Shown piece after piece: positions 51,710 to 64,000 of a stretch of 64,000 nt of DNA. The position numbers and the translations under genes were made by a program. Source of the DNA: Camelus ferus. Its lineage: Eukaryota. The DNA is taken from positions 15,130,001 to 15,194,000 of the forward strand of contig NC_045698.1 of the NCBI RefSeq assembly GCF_009834535.1, written 5' to 3'. Within the stretch, counting starts at the first letter, position 1, and every line of letters begins with the position of its first letter. The notes beneath the pieces are model-generated. The model ran no database searches. It was given only the letters and a program-made list of their open reading frames with translations, and was not told where the DNA came from.

Positions 51710-52136
51710 TGAACATAAACAAAAATCTCCCAAAAGAGAACAAGCAAAAGATATTTTTCAGAACTTGATATATTGCGGGAGTCAGCTACCATCAAAAGGC
51801 AGACAGGGAACAGAAAAAAACTGTAGCAGAAAGAAAAGAAAGCTTTACATGTGGCCTGATTGGAGATTGTTAGCACAGAGACTCTGGGGGTCAGGCAGCT
51901 AGAAAAGGGCATCCTATGTGATTGGCTAAGCCTCACACTTGGCTCTGTGGTTGGTTCAAAGTTGGAGCTGGAGGGCAAAAATTAGGGAAGCTATCAGTTA
52001 TCAACCAATTCCGTACCATTCGGGACCAAATGCTGTGGAGGTCTGTGCTTCAGACTGGTTCCTGCAGAGGTTATGGGTCAGTGTTCTATTTTGATACATG
52101 GGATGACCATTGGCCATCTGTATATTCCATCTCTCA
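51710..52136 (-). mobile_element. ERV1 LTR (MER90/MER110-like)
   Basis: Minus strand begins TGAGAGATGGAATATACAGATGG...AATAGAACACTGACCCATAACCTCTGCAG...AGCTTCCCTAATTTTTGCCC...CCAATCACATAGGATGCCC. Confidence 0.75.
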
Positions 52137-52739
52137 CGGTAGAAGGGCAGAAACTGCTTCAGCATTTCAGGTAATAAGGATTCATTAAGTCACATAGTGC
52201 TTCATCTCTACTTTCTGGATGTGGCAACTAAGTTCGAAGATGCATTTTTCATTCAAGCTGCATTGATCATATTATTCCAATTCCCATAGACCTATTAGAC
52301 AGGTCAGGAGGCTAAACTGGGAACCAGAGTCCTCTGATAATACATTTGAACTTGGAATGAAGGGAGAGCAAGACTCAGTTGGGAAAACGGGGGATGTAAA
52401 ACTTGGTTTTGACAACAATTCTACCTCTACAGCTGTGCCGGAGACCAGTCTGAGAAATGAGGCTGAGATCCAGGGGAAGGCAGAGATGAGAAATCAGTAG
52501 AAAAAGTCCCAAAAAATGGAAATTCCATGCTTCTGTGAAGCATAAAGCCAAGCAGCACCCCTGCCTTCCTTTTTTGAGATTTTGCACAAGAGCTAGAAAT
52601 TCCCATTTACCAAAGTGTTTTTGTGTTAATCTCTCGCAGTCAAATGGATCTTGATTATTACTCATTAAGTGTTTATGAAGTCCTTGTTATGGATCTCATG
52701 CTGGGACCACAGTACTGGTGTTCCCTGGTATTTGGTTCT

Positions 52740-52945
52740 TTTCCCTTCAAGGCACATAGAGACCATACTTCCAACCCCACCCACACCCCCCTTGCAGTTG
52801 GGAAGGGTCATGGGACTCCAGGGTAATGACATATGAGCACAAGTGACATGTGTCACATCTGAGCTGAGACATTTAAATGCTGAAGGAATTATCTCAACTC
52901 TTCCTGCCTTCTGCTGGTAAATATGGAAGAGGCTCCGTGTCACCT
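52740..52945 (+). mobile_element. MLT1 fragment
   Basis: ccccttgcagttgg...catgggact...aagtgacatgtgtcacatc...gacatttaaatgc. Confidence 0.65.
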
Positions 52946-53009
52946 TCGTGACACTGGCTGATGATCAGTAATGAAACTGAAATGTCACCAGACACTGGTA
53001 AGTGAAGAC

Positions 53010-53230
53010 AGATTAGAGTTGAGACTTAGTCCCGGGGGTGTTGAATATCTAGCAGGTATTTTTGATGATATATTCTGTTCAAAGCAGTGTGCTCGTGACA
53101 ATTGAAAGTGATCCCACGCCCTCATAAGCTGGGTGTTGACGTGGTCAGATGTGTGTTCAGGAAGGCTCACTCCGGCTGCCTTGTGCAAAAGATATTGGCA
53201 AGGAAAAACCAGTAAAGAGCTCATTGTCTG
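53010..53230 (-). mobile_element. L2 fragment
   Basis: gacgtggtcagatgtgtgttcaggaaggctcactccggctgcc matches the reversed L2 motif. Confidence 0.5.
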
Positions 53231-54623
53231 CATAAGACAGAAAAAGTGGGCGATACTTTCGTTAATTGCCTTTTTATCCACAACCACGAATGTTCTCTGG
53301 GTGGGGAAGTGAAAGAGAAAAAGAAGACAGGTCACTAAAAATCAGGAAGTTCATAATGTAAAGAATAGTTATATGCCAGCCTGCTTATAATTTTCTTTCA
53401 TGCCTGAGAGTGCCTTCTATAAGCACATTCTGGAAAACAATAAAACTAATAAACTGAAATAGAATAAAACCTACTAGACATTAGAATTGTAGCACCAGAT
53501 AATCACATGACTACGAAATATAAATATACAATTTTATATCTACATGTACATTAAGTAGAAAGAAACTTAACTGAATTGGGGTAAATTAATCAATAAGATG
53601 CTTTTATATACAGCATTTGTTTTGGCTTATTGAGTTTTCTTTATTTTTAAAGCACATGAGTATATAATACCTCAGGAAAGATCTGTTTTCCATGCATTTC
53701 TTTTATAAAGTGCAGAAGAAATAATAAAGAGGTGTGCCTTCCTCTTCAGTGTGAGGTCGGCAGACATAAATAAGCTTTTTTGTGCATAACATGAAAAGCA
53801 CAAGACCAAAGCTTCTGATATGTACAGTGTTTTATTCTTTCTCTGAAAAAATAGTGAGATTGAGGGAAAAGCCATTTAGGAGAAATAACTGTCTTCTAAC
53901 AGCCAGCTTGCAGAAACTAAAGCAAATAGCAATGATGGAAAAAAAAAAAAGGTGTTTTGACACTCTGGTAAATGAAAGTGTAAAATGCACAGAAATATAT
54001 TAGAGGTGCATGTGTATCTGTGGCCTGGGAAAATTGCTGATTATAAAGGAGAGAGTTAATGGTCTCTAATTGTGTTGTAATTTGAATGCAGCGTAATAGT
54101 AATGAAGATAACAGGTTTGTGTGTTAACATGAATAATGTTAGAGGCGTGGAGGCACAATGTTTGGGATAATTAATTCCATCCCCCACTCCCTATGCACAC
54201 ATGCATATATAAACTGAATTAGGGCTGAAAGAGAATCCAAAGAACCCAAAATAGTCTCTGAACATCTTTAATATTGTATAGGAGATTAAATTACTATTTC
54301 TGATGTTCTCTGTGACTATCTCGTTTAGTTTCTGTCATGTTTGCTTTTTATTTTAAGGTTGTTTTTTTTTTAATGAACTGAATAATATATAAAAATCTGC
54401 AGACCTATGCAGAAAGTTTGGATGCAGTGCCACTTAGAGCTTTTATCTCACAGCAAATCCTAGTAATTTTCTGATGGTATATGTTTTTTGTGGTGGTTGT
54501 TTAGAGCTTTGAGTGTGTGTGTGTGTTACTCTTACTCTATTCACTTCAAGGAAAACATATTAGACAATTGATATAGCAAAGATATTTTGCATCCAACATC
54601 AACCAGCCTGTATTTCTAGAATA

Positions 54624-54655
54624 AAAATTAAAATAAAATAAAATAAAATAAAATA
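54624..54655. repeat. (AAAAT)n repeat
   Basis: Direct reading. Confidence 0.85.
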
Positions 54656-55849
54656 GCTTATGAAAATAGTAGAAGCATATTACTTAAGAACAGACTACTA
54701 AGAAATGGTCAAAGGCATTTAGAGGTGAATAATAGAAATGTGAATTAAGAAGCAGAGAACAAAATGATTCAGTTCTGTGCCTAAAAGCAGAGGATGCCCT
54801 TTTCAGGGTTCTAAGAGCCTACGAAGCAGTGATGATTTCATCATTTTATTACTCACTCTCCACATTATTTCGATTAGCGTTCTACAAAATTATTTTGCTT
54901 GGATGACTTTGACTAATGCCAGAAACTTTCAATTCACCACTATAATTATCACAGCATTCCAAGGAATCATTAAAAAACCAAACCAAACCAAACTAAACTT
55001 GATAAGTTGTTTGCAAAAGGACTATACATTTTATTTGCTTTTAATGCAAGGCTTGGAGGGCAATCTCTGCCTGTGTGTGTCCTCTGTATTTACCAATGTC
55101 AATAGGAAGTCCAAATTCATGGAAAGACCAGACACTGACACCACCTGGGCAACCCAAACAACGCTTGGTTATAAAAATTTACAGAAGAAAAGCTGCACAT
55201 TCAAGTTCATGACAAAACAATGTATGTTTCAAGGGACTGGATACCAGTGTCCTTGTCAGGGGAGCTCCCACTGCAGATCATAATTTCTGAGACAGGGAAG
55301 GTTTTCTCACACCTCAGAAAGATCCACACCCCAATGATTGGTGCACCTTTAAACTTTAAACTTGTAGCTTAAGCAAGTCTTCTTTTAAGCTTATCCGGAC
55401 ATATGCCAGAGATTAGCTCCTTTAGGCCTGGTGCACTTCATTTGTCACAATTATGCAATATGCAATTTGAATACAGGGTACAGTGTAGGTCAGTGCATGT
55501 AGGCATAACAGAAGGTTTTATTAATCATCCCCGGCCCCTGCAGGCTAAGTTATCCTCCGTGAAGTTTATATGTGTGCTGAGAACTAGAACAGAACTTCAA
55601 GGCTAGAATAAGGCTCACTTACCCTGACATCTTTGGAAGCTCATGAGATCAGCTCTGAATGCTACACTGCACCCCATGGAATAGCTTTTTACATAAATAA
55701 GGTCATATTTTACCACCATCTGTTTGACTCCCATGCCTATATCTTAATTCATTTTGAATTTGAAGAGGGGAAAATGGAGAGTTATTTATGGGTCTCCTGT
55801 ACCAGCTTGGGTAACACTAGTAACTTTAACAAATGGTCCTCAAGGTTAA

Positions 55850-56170
55850 GTGAGATTAAAGGTTAAATTTTATTTCTCATTGACAACACTGAAATACAGA
55901 CATTCCTGGTCAGTGGGTGGCTTTGTCCACATGGTAATTCAGGAACTCAAGGCCTCCTTCAGTCTTGTAGATCTGACCATCTATAGCGCCTTGGGTTTCT
56001 CCATTTTCATCAGACAAATGTGGAAAGAACTGGAGAGTCAGGGAGAGATGTATGTGGTCCAGCCTTGGACGTAGTGCATGTTAACTAGGACTCAGCCATA
56101 TGGGAATCTAGGCAAGCCGTGTACCCAGGAGGGGAAATTTTAGTGAAGAGCTATCTACCTCTGCCTCAGC
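55850..56170 (-). mobile_element. Old MLT1 (J/K-like) LTR
   Basis: tttatttctcatt...tccacatggtaattcaggaactcaaggc...ggactcagccatatgg...ctatctacctctgcc. Confidence 0.6.
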
Positions 56171-59100
56171 TTTGCAAATCCAACTTCCTGGAACATAAAT
56201 CCACAGGAAAACAATAAATAGAGACCTTATATTATGTAAAGGTGCTCACAACACATTTTGTTGTTGGTGTTTTTATTAATACACCTGACTTTGCCTATTG
56301 CAAGGTCCCATTACTTGTAGGATTCTTGGACCAATGATCTTCAAAATGGGAGTAGAAGTGGGGAGAGATTACATACATATCCAGAAAAACCCAAACTTAA
56401 CACTCCTAATAAAGTATGCTTAATATGAATATGAGGAAGACATGGTAACAGGCCCCTAGGACATGTAAGACACTTTCTATAATCCATCTCCTCACCTGTC
56501 TTCACTAGCCTTGCTTGTTTCTCTCTGTATCAATCTCATTCTTATCTTATGTGTTCTTGTACACAGAGAATAACAATAAAATATGCTCAACTATGTGACA
56601 AACTGTGAACCCTACAATCTATCTACATGTATCATTTTATATCTTATTATATATTATTTGCCATTTTAAAAATTATTTTATCAATAGTTATTAAATGAGT
56701 CAGTATTACTTCTGTTTTTTTGCCTTCCTATTTCTTAACTTCCTGTCATCTTATTGCTTACCATGCTTACCATACTGTGTAGTGGCTAGAGTTCACGGTC
56801 CCAATGTAGACACTTCTGAGATCTTTATTCCGTTTTACTGATGACAGAAAGTAAACTACACTTCATCTGAGGAAGAAAATAATAGTATTGAGATGGGGGG
56901 CCAGTTTCCAATTGAATGAGCTGTTTGCTCCCACCGCAGGATTATTTTTACATTATGGATTAGCAAACCCAAACCAGTGAGTTATATAAAATATGGGCAG
57001 GGCTTTATTAATCTGGAGAATTTTAACACTTATAACATAGTAGTTCATATTATATAGTAATACCTCACCCTGTACTATATGTTCTAATGTGTGTCCAGAT
57101 ACACATTTTTCTCACACGTGATTGTAAAATCTCTATCCCTTGCCTTCTCCCAGTGACTCGGAGAGTGAGACATTTGGAAAATAGCATTTAGTTGTATAAG
57201 AACGATGTGCAATAAACTGTCACTGAACAGTCCTGCTGTAGATTGTATATAGCGTAGCCTAAGCGTGTTTCTGAGAAGGATGTAACATTTCTTGCAAGGT
57301 GCAAATCTAAAATTATTTATTTATTTTGTGCTTTAAATATGCTTTTTAAAAAATTAGAAATAAACTCTCAGCAATGAGTTTAAAAATGTGATTTTAATAA
57401 AAAATTAAGACTGTGTTGATGAGAAGTATGTAACTCACAAAATCCAAGGGCCACAATGTGGTCACAAATCCTTGGAAATAGATGCATCAATATCTTTTTA
57501 AAAAGAAAGAAAAAAAGGGAAAAAAGAAGCATTCTCTGACATAGCATGAAGCCTAGCAAAAAGATATTTCCAACAGCTCTATGATCATATGCAGAGGACA
57601 GAATGTCTACCCCAAACAAAGATAATATTGGCTAGTTTCAGGAGACCCAACCGAAAGAGTAGAATTTTCCCCAGATGCCTCATTACAAAGCAGTTTCATG
57701 TACAACGTTCACCTCACAGTTTCACAAAGATCATTACCATCATCAGACCTCCACGGACCTCTACGCTCCATGGGGGATGGTTCTTACTCCCCAGAAACTA
57801 CTGAGAAAATCAGGAGACTAAGAAGAAAGGGCGAGTGAGGTACAATTAAACTCCTTTGTTTACAGGAGCCTGGGTTCCTGACTTTGATTTTGCTGTTAAA
57901 ATAACCCTAGGGAAAATTTACGTATGACAATAAAAATGATCAATTTAGGTTTCAAATGTTGTAACTCTCCATAAAGCTTTTTTTCTTCTCTCACGTCTGC
58001 TATTTTTCATAATCAAGGTACAAAACATATTAATGCTTTGTAAATAATGACTGTGAGATTATATTTTAGTTTGGAGATTTCAGAGTCATTTTATAAGAAT
58101 TAGTTCAGTTGGTACACATTTTGTCTGAAAAGTCTAAGTATTATCATTAAAAGCCCAGTTTAACTGCTTTGGAAAAACATGTTTGACATGATGTTCAGTC
58201 TGTCAGACTTCACATTTCATTCTCTGTACATCAGCTTCTACGATGACTCACTTCTTTCTCTCAAAATTCCTTCCCTTAGATTTTGAAGCATTAAGACTTA
58301 AACACTTTTAAAAAAATCTATGGGTAGCAGTTAATTATCTATACATTAATAAATTATATTAAATGTCTAATCAGGGTCTTAGTTTTGAAAATGCAGAGAG
58401 AAACACTTATAAGCTGTATTGGCAAAGAATTCTGAATTTAATTTGGATATTTGCAACAATATTTGCAACAATGAAACAAACAAACACTAAGATGTTCTTG
58501 TCAGTCCTAGAATTACGGCAGAGATAAAGAATGCTGAGGGCCAAGGAAGGCTTGAGAAAAGTGGTTTTGAACTAAGTCTTGAAGACTGGTGAGATTATGG
58601 TCAGGCAGATATGAAAACCACCCTATTATGTTGAATTGTTCCCCCAACTCCTAGATGATAAATATTGTTTTTTATTACCTTCAGAGTTTCCATCCAAGCC
58701 ACAATGGGTATATTATAATAATAGTATTCAAAATGCTGGGGAAAAGAGTTCATGATATCTTAGAGCTTAGACTTAGAGGTATGAGACTTGAGGGAGAGAT
58801 CATTGAATAGAATTTTGTTCACCAATCTGACATTTTTAAGTTTTAGGAAAAGTTGGATATAACTCTACTACAGCTATTGGTGGGTCTTTGAGAAGGTTAG
58901 AGAAGGTAATTAAATATTATTTATACAACAACTCCCAAGTAGGAAGTCAATATCTTCTCCTTTCGGGAAGAAGTGCTCAACAGGGACTGGGTCACTTGGG
59001 AGGGCGTACAAGTTGAGTGAAGCATGGCAGGTATGGCTTCTTAACGAGAGTTTGAGTCTAAGTACTACTCTATTGCTTCCTTTTGTACTGATCTCTCTTA

Positions 59101-61019
59101 CATCAAAATAATATAAATATAGAGAATTCCTCTCAATGCTAGAAGGTACTTGCAACTCTCTTCTTGGATCCTGCACAGCGAGGGGAGTGCTCAGCAGAGC
59201 TATGGAAGTAGCCTGTGGCAGTGTCACCCTTCTTAAGGGAGCGCAATGGACTAAACCTTACATAACATGGTATCTTACCATTTCAAGGAATACATTGAGT
59301 TAAATGAATAGTAAATCAGATACTTTGCCAAAGCTGTTGATCGATAGTTCTATTAAAACTAAAGGGGAATTAAGAAAATGTGAGTTCTAACTATTCATGC
59401 AGGGAGTTAGTGGTATTTCTTTAAAAATAATCATGGGCACCAGGGCCGTTAGATCCCAAACTAATGGCATTTTAATCTATACGAAAACAGATGGAACATA
59501 CATGCTACATATGGCTTTCTTTATCACCTATGCATGTCACTAAAAGAGAATGAAACGTCCCACTAAAACAATTCAAAGAATATTAAATGGGAGGTTAATA
59601 ACTGCTATTTTCTAATATAGAAAAGGAGAAATGTTTAATAATTAATCAAAATTTACTGATGAGCTACAATGGTAAAAAATCAAGGAGAGCTAGAATTTAT
59701 AGGACTTTTATCTGAAATAATAAAAGACAGAGTTTTTTGGCAGTGCTTTAAGTATTTGCTTTATCAGTGCATTTTAAATAAAATTATTAAAAATAAAGAT
59801 TATAACTAAGATTTTTTTCAAAACCTAATTACAGCAAAAATATAACTGGTAACAGAGAGAATGAATATATAGGAGATGAAGTCTATGAACATGTAGAGTG
59901 AATTCTGTACTGTTTTGTTATTAAGACTGAGGAAATAATGGACATTTTCTGTGATAATTTGGCTAGATAGGAAAGTGTCCTCATTTTGAAAATGCCTACA
60001 CATTGTTCATAGAAGCTAAGAATATATAAAACAGTGGCCTCAATAAATACCTGATTGCAATGCATTGCAAAATTCAGTAGTAATCTTGTTAAAATGCCTA
60101 TGGATTCCATTCAATTTGGCTAGATTGTGGGTAAAATAGTAAGGGAGAGAGATTTTATTAAATGTCCCTTAAGATAAAATAAAACTTTGTCACCTCCTAA
60201 AACACTGTATGTAGTTTCATTCCTATTTTTATAATATAGCACGTGATGTATTTCCTTCCACAGAGAAAATCTAATGAATGACAATGAAATGGTTTTAATT
60301 TGAGTTATGATAAAAGTAGGTGTGCCATGGATACTATATTATCTGAACTAAAAGAATTCTAACTTAATTATTTTGAAGTTCAAATTCTTTCACAGACATA
60401 GAGTCTGTGTGTGAGTGAGTACATAAATCTATAGTGAATTTTTAATATAGCGAGAAAATAGAACTATTTATTTACATTGAATCGTCAAAGGAATTAAGCG
60501 AAGAATCTGAGATGTAATAGATAAAAAGTTTCCCCAAAGTTAGGAATAATAAATTAGTTGAATGAAAATGTTTCAAAATAACTTGGAAAGACTGAGAATA
60601 AATTTCAACCCACAGCCTATTGAACAGAGAGTTCCAAAACCCATATGAAAGTTAAAGAAGAAAACAGTTTCCCCTTCTGTGTATTAGATCTTGAGTTACT
60701 GCAAACTAAATCTTGATTATCAATTATTGATCAAACTTAATGAAGATCCAGAGTTCAGATTAGCAAGTTATTTGAATGTTATACCTTCACAATGAAAAGA
60801 TTATTCATGTTATTTATTTGAGCTTAAATATACTTCTATATAAATAATTTATCCTCTCTGTGGAGAACAAATGAACTTCTGCTTTTGGTTTTATCTATGA
60901 ACTAAAGCTTAAGAAATTTTGCATGGAACACTGTACTATGTCACAATGCAACATTATATACTTTCTGCTGTTTCTTTACCCGTTGGTTGAACTGTCATTG
61001 CTGCATTTGTCTTTGCTGA

Positions 61020-61260
61020 TTATTTTTTTTTATCAATTAAATGACCCAGTTTATTGAAAACTAGAAGAATATTGGACAACTATTAATTTTTTTTAACCTC
61101 TGTAGGTCATTTTGCAGGCATCACCTTCCAGCATATTTGTTTCTGCATACTCTACATATTTAATACCTATGAATTCCCATTTCATAATATTTGTTCAGCC
61201 ATCCACATCATTAATAATGTTATTAAGTAAGGACAAACCCAGCACCAGCTACTCCCTTCC
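61020..61260 (-). mobile_element. CR1/L3 RT-region relic
   Basis: ccatccacatcattaataatgttattaagtaaggacaaacccagcacc reads like the reversed GS(V)LGPVLFNIFINDLD segment. Confidence 0.45.
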
Positions 61261-64000
61261 ACCTTGAAATATTGTGCTGATGTAGAGGTTGTGTCTGATT
61301 GAATTTTTTAAAAAATTCTTTAAGGATTATTGATGTGGAATTAGCTTTCCAACAATGGAAATCTTTAGTACATATTTAAGAAAAACTAGGTTAATGCACA
61401 ATAGGGAAATGGTATTCAACATAGTACCAGGAGGTAGCAGGCCTGGGTCCAGAGGGGCACACTGCAGGATGGTTAGATTTTCGAGATGGAAGGAAAGACA
61501 ATTAGTGAAAGCTGAAGAATGGGGAGGTGGGGACCGAAAAACCCTCTGTCTTTGCAGATTTGTTAAGAATCAATTCTGAGGGATTTTCAGTTTTTTTAGG
61601 CTCTAAAATGATGCTTTTCTTGAGCTCTCTTTAAATTGATAATATTTCAGTTTCCTTTCAAGTGTCAGAGTAGGAAACTTTCAATCAAAGGAGCTCTTTT
61701 GATTCACAATCTGGGAAATCAGTTTTCCTGTTGTTTAAGTCAATATGTGCAATTTGTAAAAAAATGTATTTTGGTATTCCATTCTTCTTAAATTTGGCCT
61801 ATTTAATATTGTTTAGTGATATACCAACAGTGCAACAGAAACAGATTAAACAAGGAATTTTACTTTTTCTTCACTTAAAGTAAAATGAAGACAAAAGTCT
61901 GATATTTATTTTTAGAGACTATGACAAACTTCATAATACACAGTCTATTTTAATGAAAATATTTTCCCCAAGCAACAAGAATAAGCAATAGATTATATGC
62001 TCTCTTTAACTGTAATGAAAAACAAAGGCATAAACTTTAAGATACCACCTTATTTTCCTTTCTGCCCTTAAAACACTCATTAGTATAAAAAGGGTACTAT
62101 TTACAAAAATCAATTTCCCTGTATTTCATGATTAAATTACCTTCTACTCTTGCTAGCCATTTGCTAAGCATGCAAAATTAAGAAAACAGAAGAGTAATAT
62201 GAGATGGAGAACTCAAAACAAATTAACTTTATATTAACTAAGAAACTGTAATATCTAATGACAGAAACCACTACTCAATGACACTTAACAAAAGGAAATT
62301 ATGCTTAAAAAATAGGAATATTCATAGAAACACATATGTATTCTTTATGTTGTTATGAAACGATTAAATTGAGAATTTGATAACTTATTGATTAAAATAT
62401 ACTATGTTTTCCATTTCTTTGTTTCAAGGTTCCCTCCAGCTATAAGCCTTATAATTAAAACCTTGTTTTCCATGCCAATTTGCCACTTTTTGGCCAAAAG
62501 TGTATGTCCCTATTTTTTAACAGATTTTTCTGCTTGGTTTTTATAGATACATGTTAGAAGGAAGAAGAAATTTTTTGAAAAGTCGAGATTGAGAACCATC
62601 TGAGGGATTTATACATAGAGTTTTTACCAATGATCTAGCATTCAAAACTGTAAACCCAGCTTTTTAAATCTTAACTGAAAGCTCCCTACTCATAAGGTAC
62701 TTTATAATATGTTGAGTTAAATTCCATTCACTATCATAAGATAAATTGATTAAGTTAAGATGTGTATTGTAATTCCTAGATAAAATGCAGATTAAAAAAA
62801 AAAACAGCACAAGATAAAACAACAACAAAAAACCCGAGCTATAAATAATAAGACAATAGTGGAGATTAAATAGAATTATACAGATAATTAATACAAATGC
62901 AGAAAGGAAAAGAATAGAACAAAAATCAGGTGGGAAAAAAGAAAATCGCATATTGGATCATAGATTAAACATTTTATAAATATCTCTCAAAAAGACGTTA
63001 ATTTTCCTAAATTGTTTTTGGCCTTAAAACATCCATTAAGTGTTAGTTTTCTGGCTTTTGTTGTTTTTCATAAATACAGTTCTAAAAATAGAAGCATTTA
63101 GATCAATATGCTAGGGCCTTTGTGGTCACATTTTAATTGCTTGCCATAGTTAATTTCTTTACTCCCTACTCTCTGAAATCTTGGCTTCATATTAAAGTAA
63201 TGAATCTAATGATTGAAACAAAGCAAGTTTTAAGTAGAAATTTGTTTTAATTTCAGATTTTTCTATTGTATGACGATAAAGTAATTTTTGGAAAATTATG
63301 TTTCAAAAATGTCTTTTCAGTCCTAATTCCTGATTGAAACTATGGTAAAGGAGAAATTCTCTTGTTGTGTTCTTGTGAACACAATGATGGACATTCCATT
63401 TTCCTTAGGTAGCTAATTCATACTACTGTAATTCAAGAATATAATCTAATGCAGCATACGTACATGAAAGCAGTCCATGAAATATATGGTGTGCAGAGAC
63501 AGACAGAAACTCCTACAAGACATGGATTTATTTAGACTACTGCTTGATGCTTAAAACTCTCCATCAAAGTTATAACACTTGTATAGTCTCCATTTGGCCC
63601 AGATAATTCGCCAAATAGAGACTAAGTGTTGTAGTGAGTTTGAAGGTTTTTTTTTTTTCCCCTGAACTACACAAGATTGAGCATCCCTTCCTCTCCCTTA
63701 ATCTGAGATTTTGAGAGATCACTATAGAATCCTCACTGGGGAGAGAGAATCTACATGGTGAAAACCCACCTAGATGGATCTTCCCTAACCCCCTAAATGT
63801 CAGGCCTTATAGCGAATAAGCCAGGAGCTGACCTCATGAGGCAGTAATGAAAGGCCTTGTTCAACTTCTGTAGCCTGTAATAAGCACGTTGTGAGGGAAG
63901 CACGCTTGGGGAAACAGGAAGTCCACGTTGATCTTTATCAAACATAAACCTTGGGCTCCATCCTTGCCTATAATGAGACAAAGCTGGGAAAGGAAAATGC

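Noticed and set aside
54777..55283. 168-aa plus-strand ORF
   Set aside because: Non-ATG start, no recognisable domain and no convincing splice boundaries.
55612..55630. Strong minus-strand donor CAGG|GTAAGTGAG
   Set aside because: No matching acceptor or open exon found upstream; isolated donors are common.
58447..58470. 12-bp tandem duplication ATATTTGCAACA x2
   Set aside because: Ordinary slippage duplication with no other supporting structure.

Overview
AT-rich placental-mammal genomic DNA (intronic or intergenic). I can recognise no host protein-coding exon, RNA gene or prokaryotic system. The main feature is a young, full-length (about 7.16 kb) LINE-1 on the minus strand (41231-48392). 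It has a target-site duplication, a 5' YY1 site, a CpG-rich 5'UTR, ORF1 with one nonsense codon, a 404-nt inter-ORF spacer, ORF2 with two frameshifts and one nonsense codon, a 3'UTR and a short poly(A). Its sequence, the short L1 3'-end stubs and the lack of Alu/B1/BovA/PRE-1/Can-SINE-type elements suggest a camelid or other cetartiodactyl; this is inferred from remembered consensus sequences. The rest is old interspersed repeats (L2, MIR, CR1/L3, L1M, MaLR/ERVL/ERV1 LTRs, an ERV integrase relic, Tigger/hAT MITEs), microsatellites and some unique stretches that may be conserved non-coding elements. The most interesting hypothesis is inside the L1. A splice donor abuts the ORF1 ATG and a strong acceptor lies in the spacer, so an intron could remove ORF1 exactly and expose a Kozak-context 75-codon ORF whose stop overlaps the ORF2 start. 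Repeat family names are from memory, without RepeatMasker, and boundaries of old repeats are approximate.
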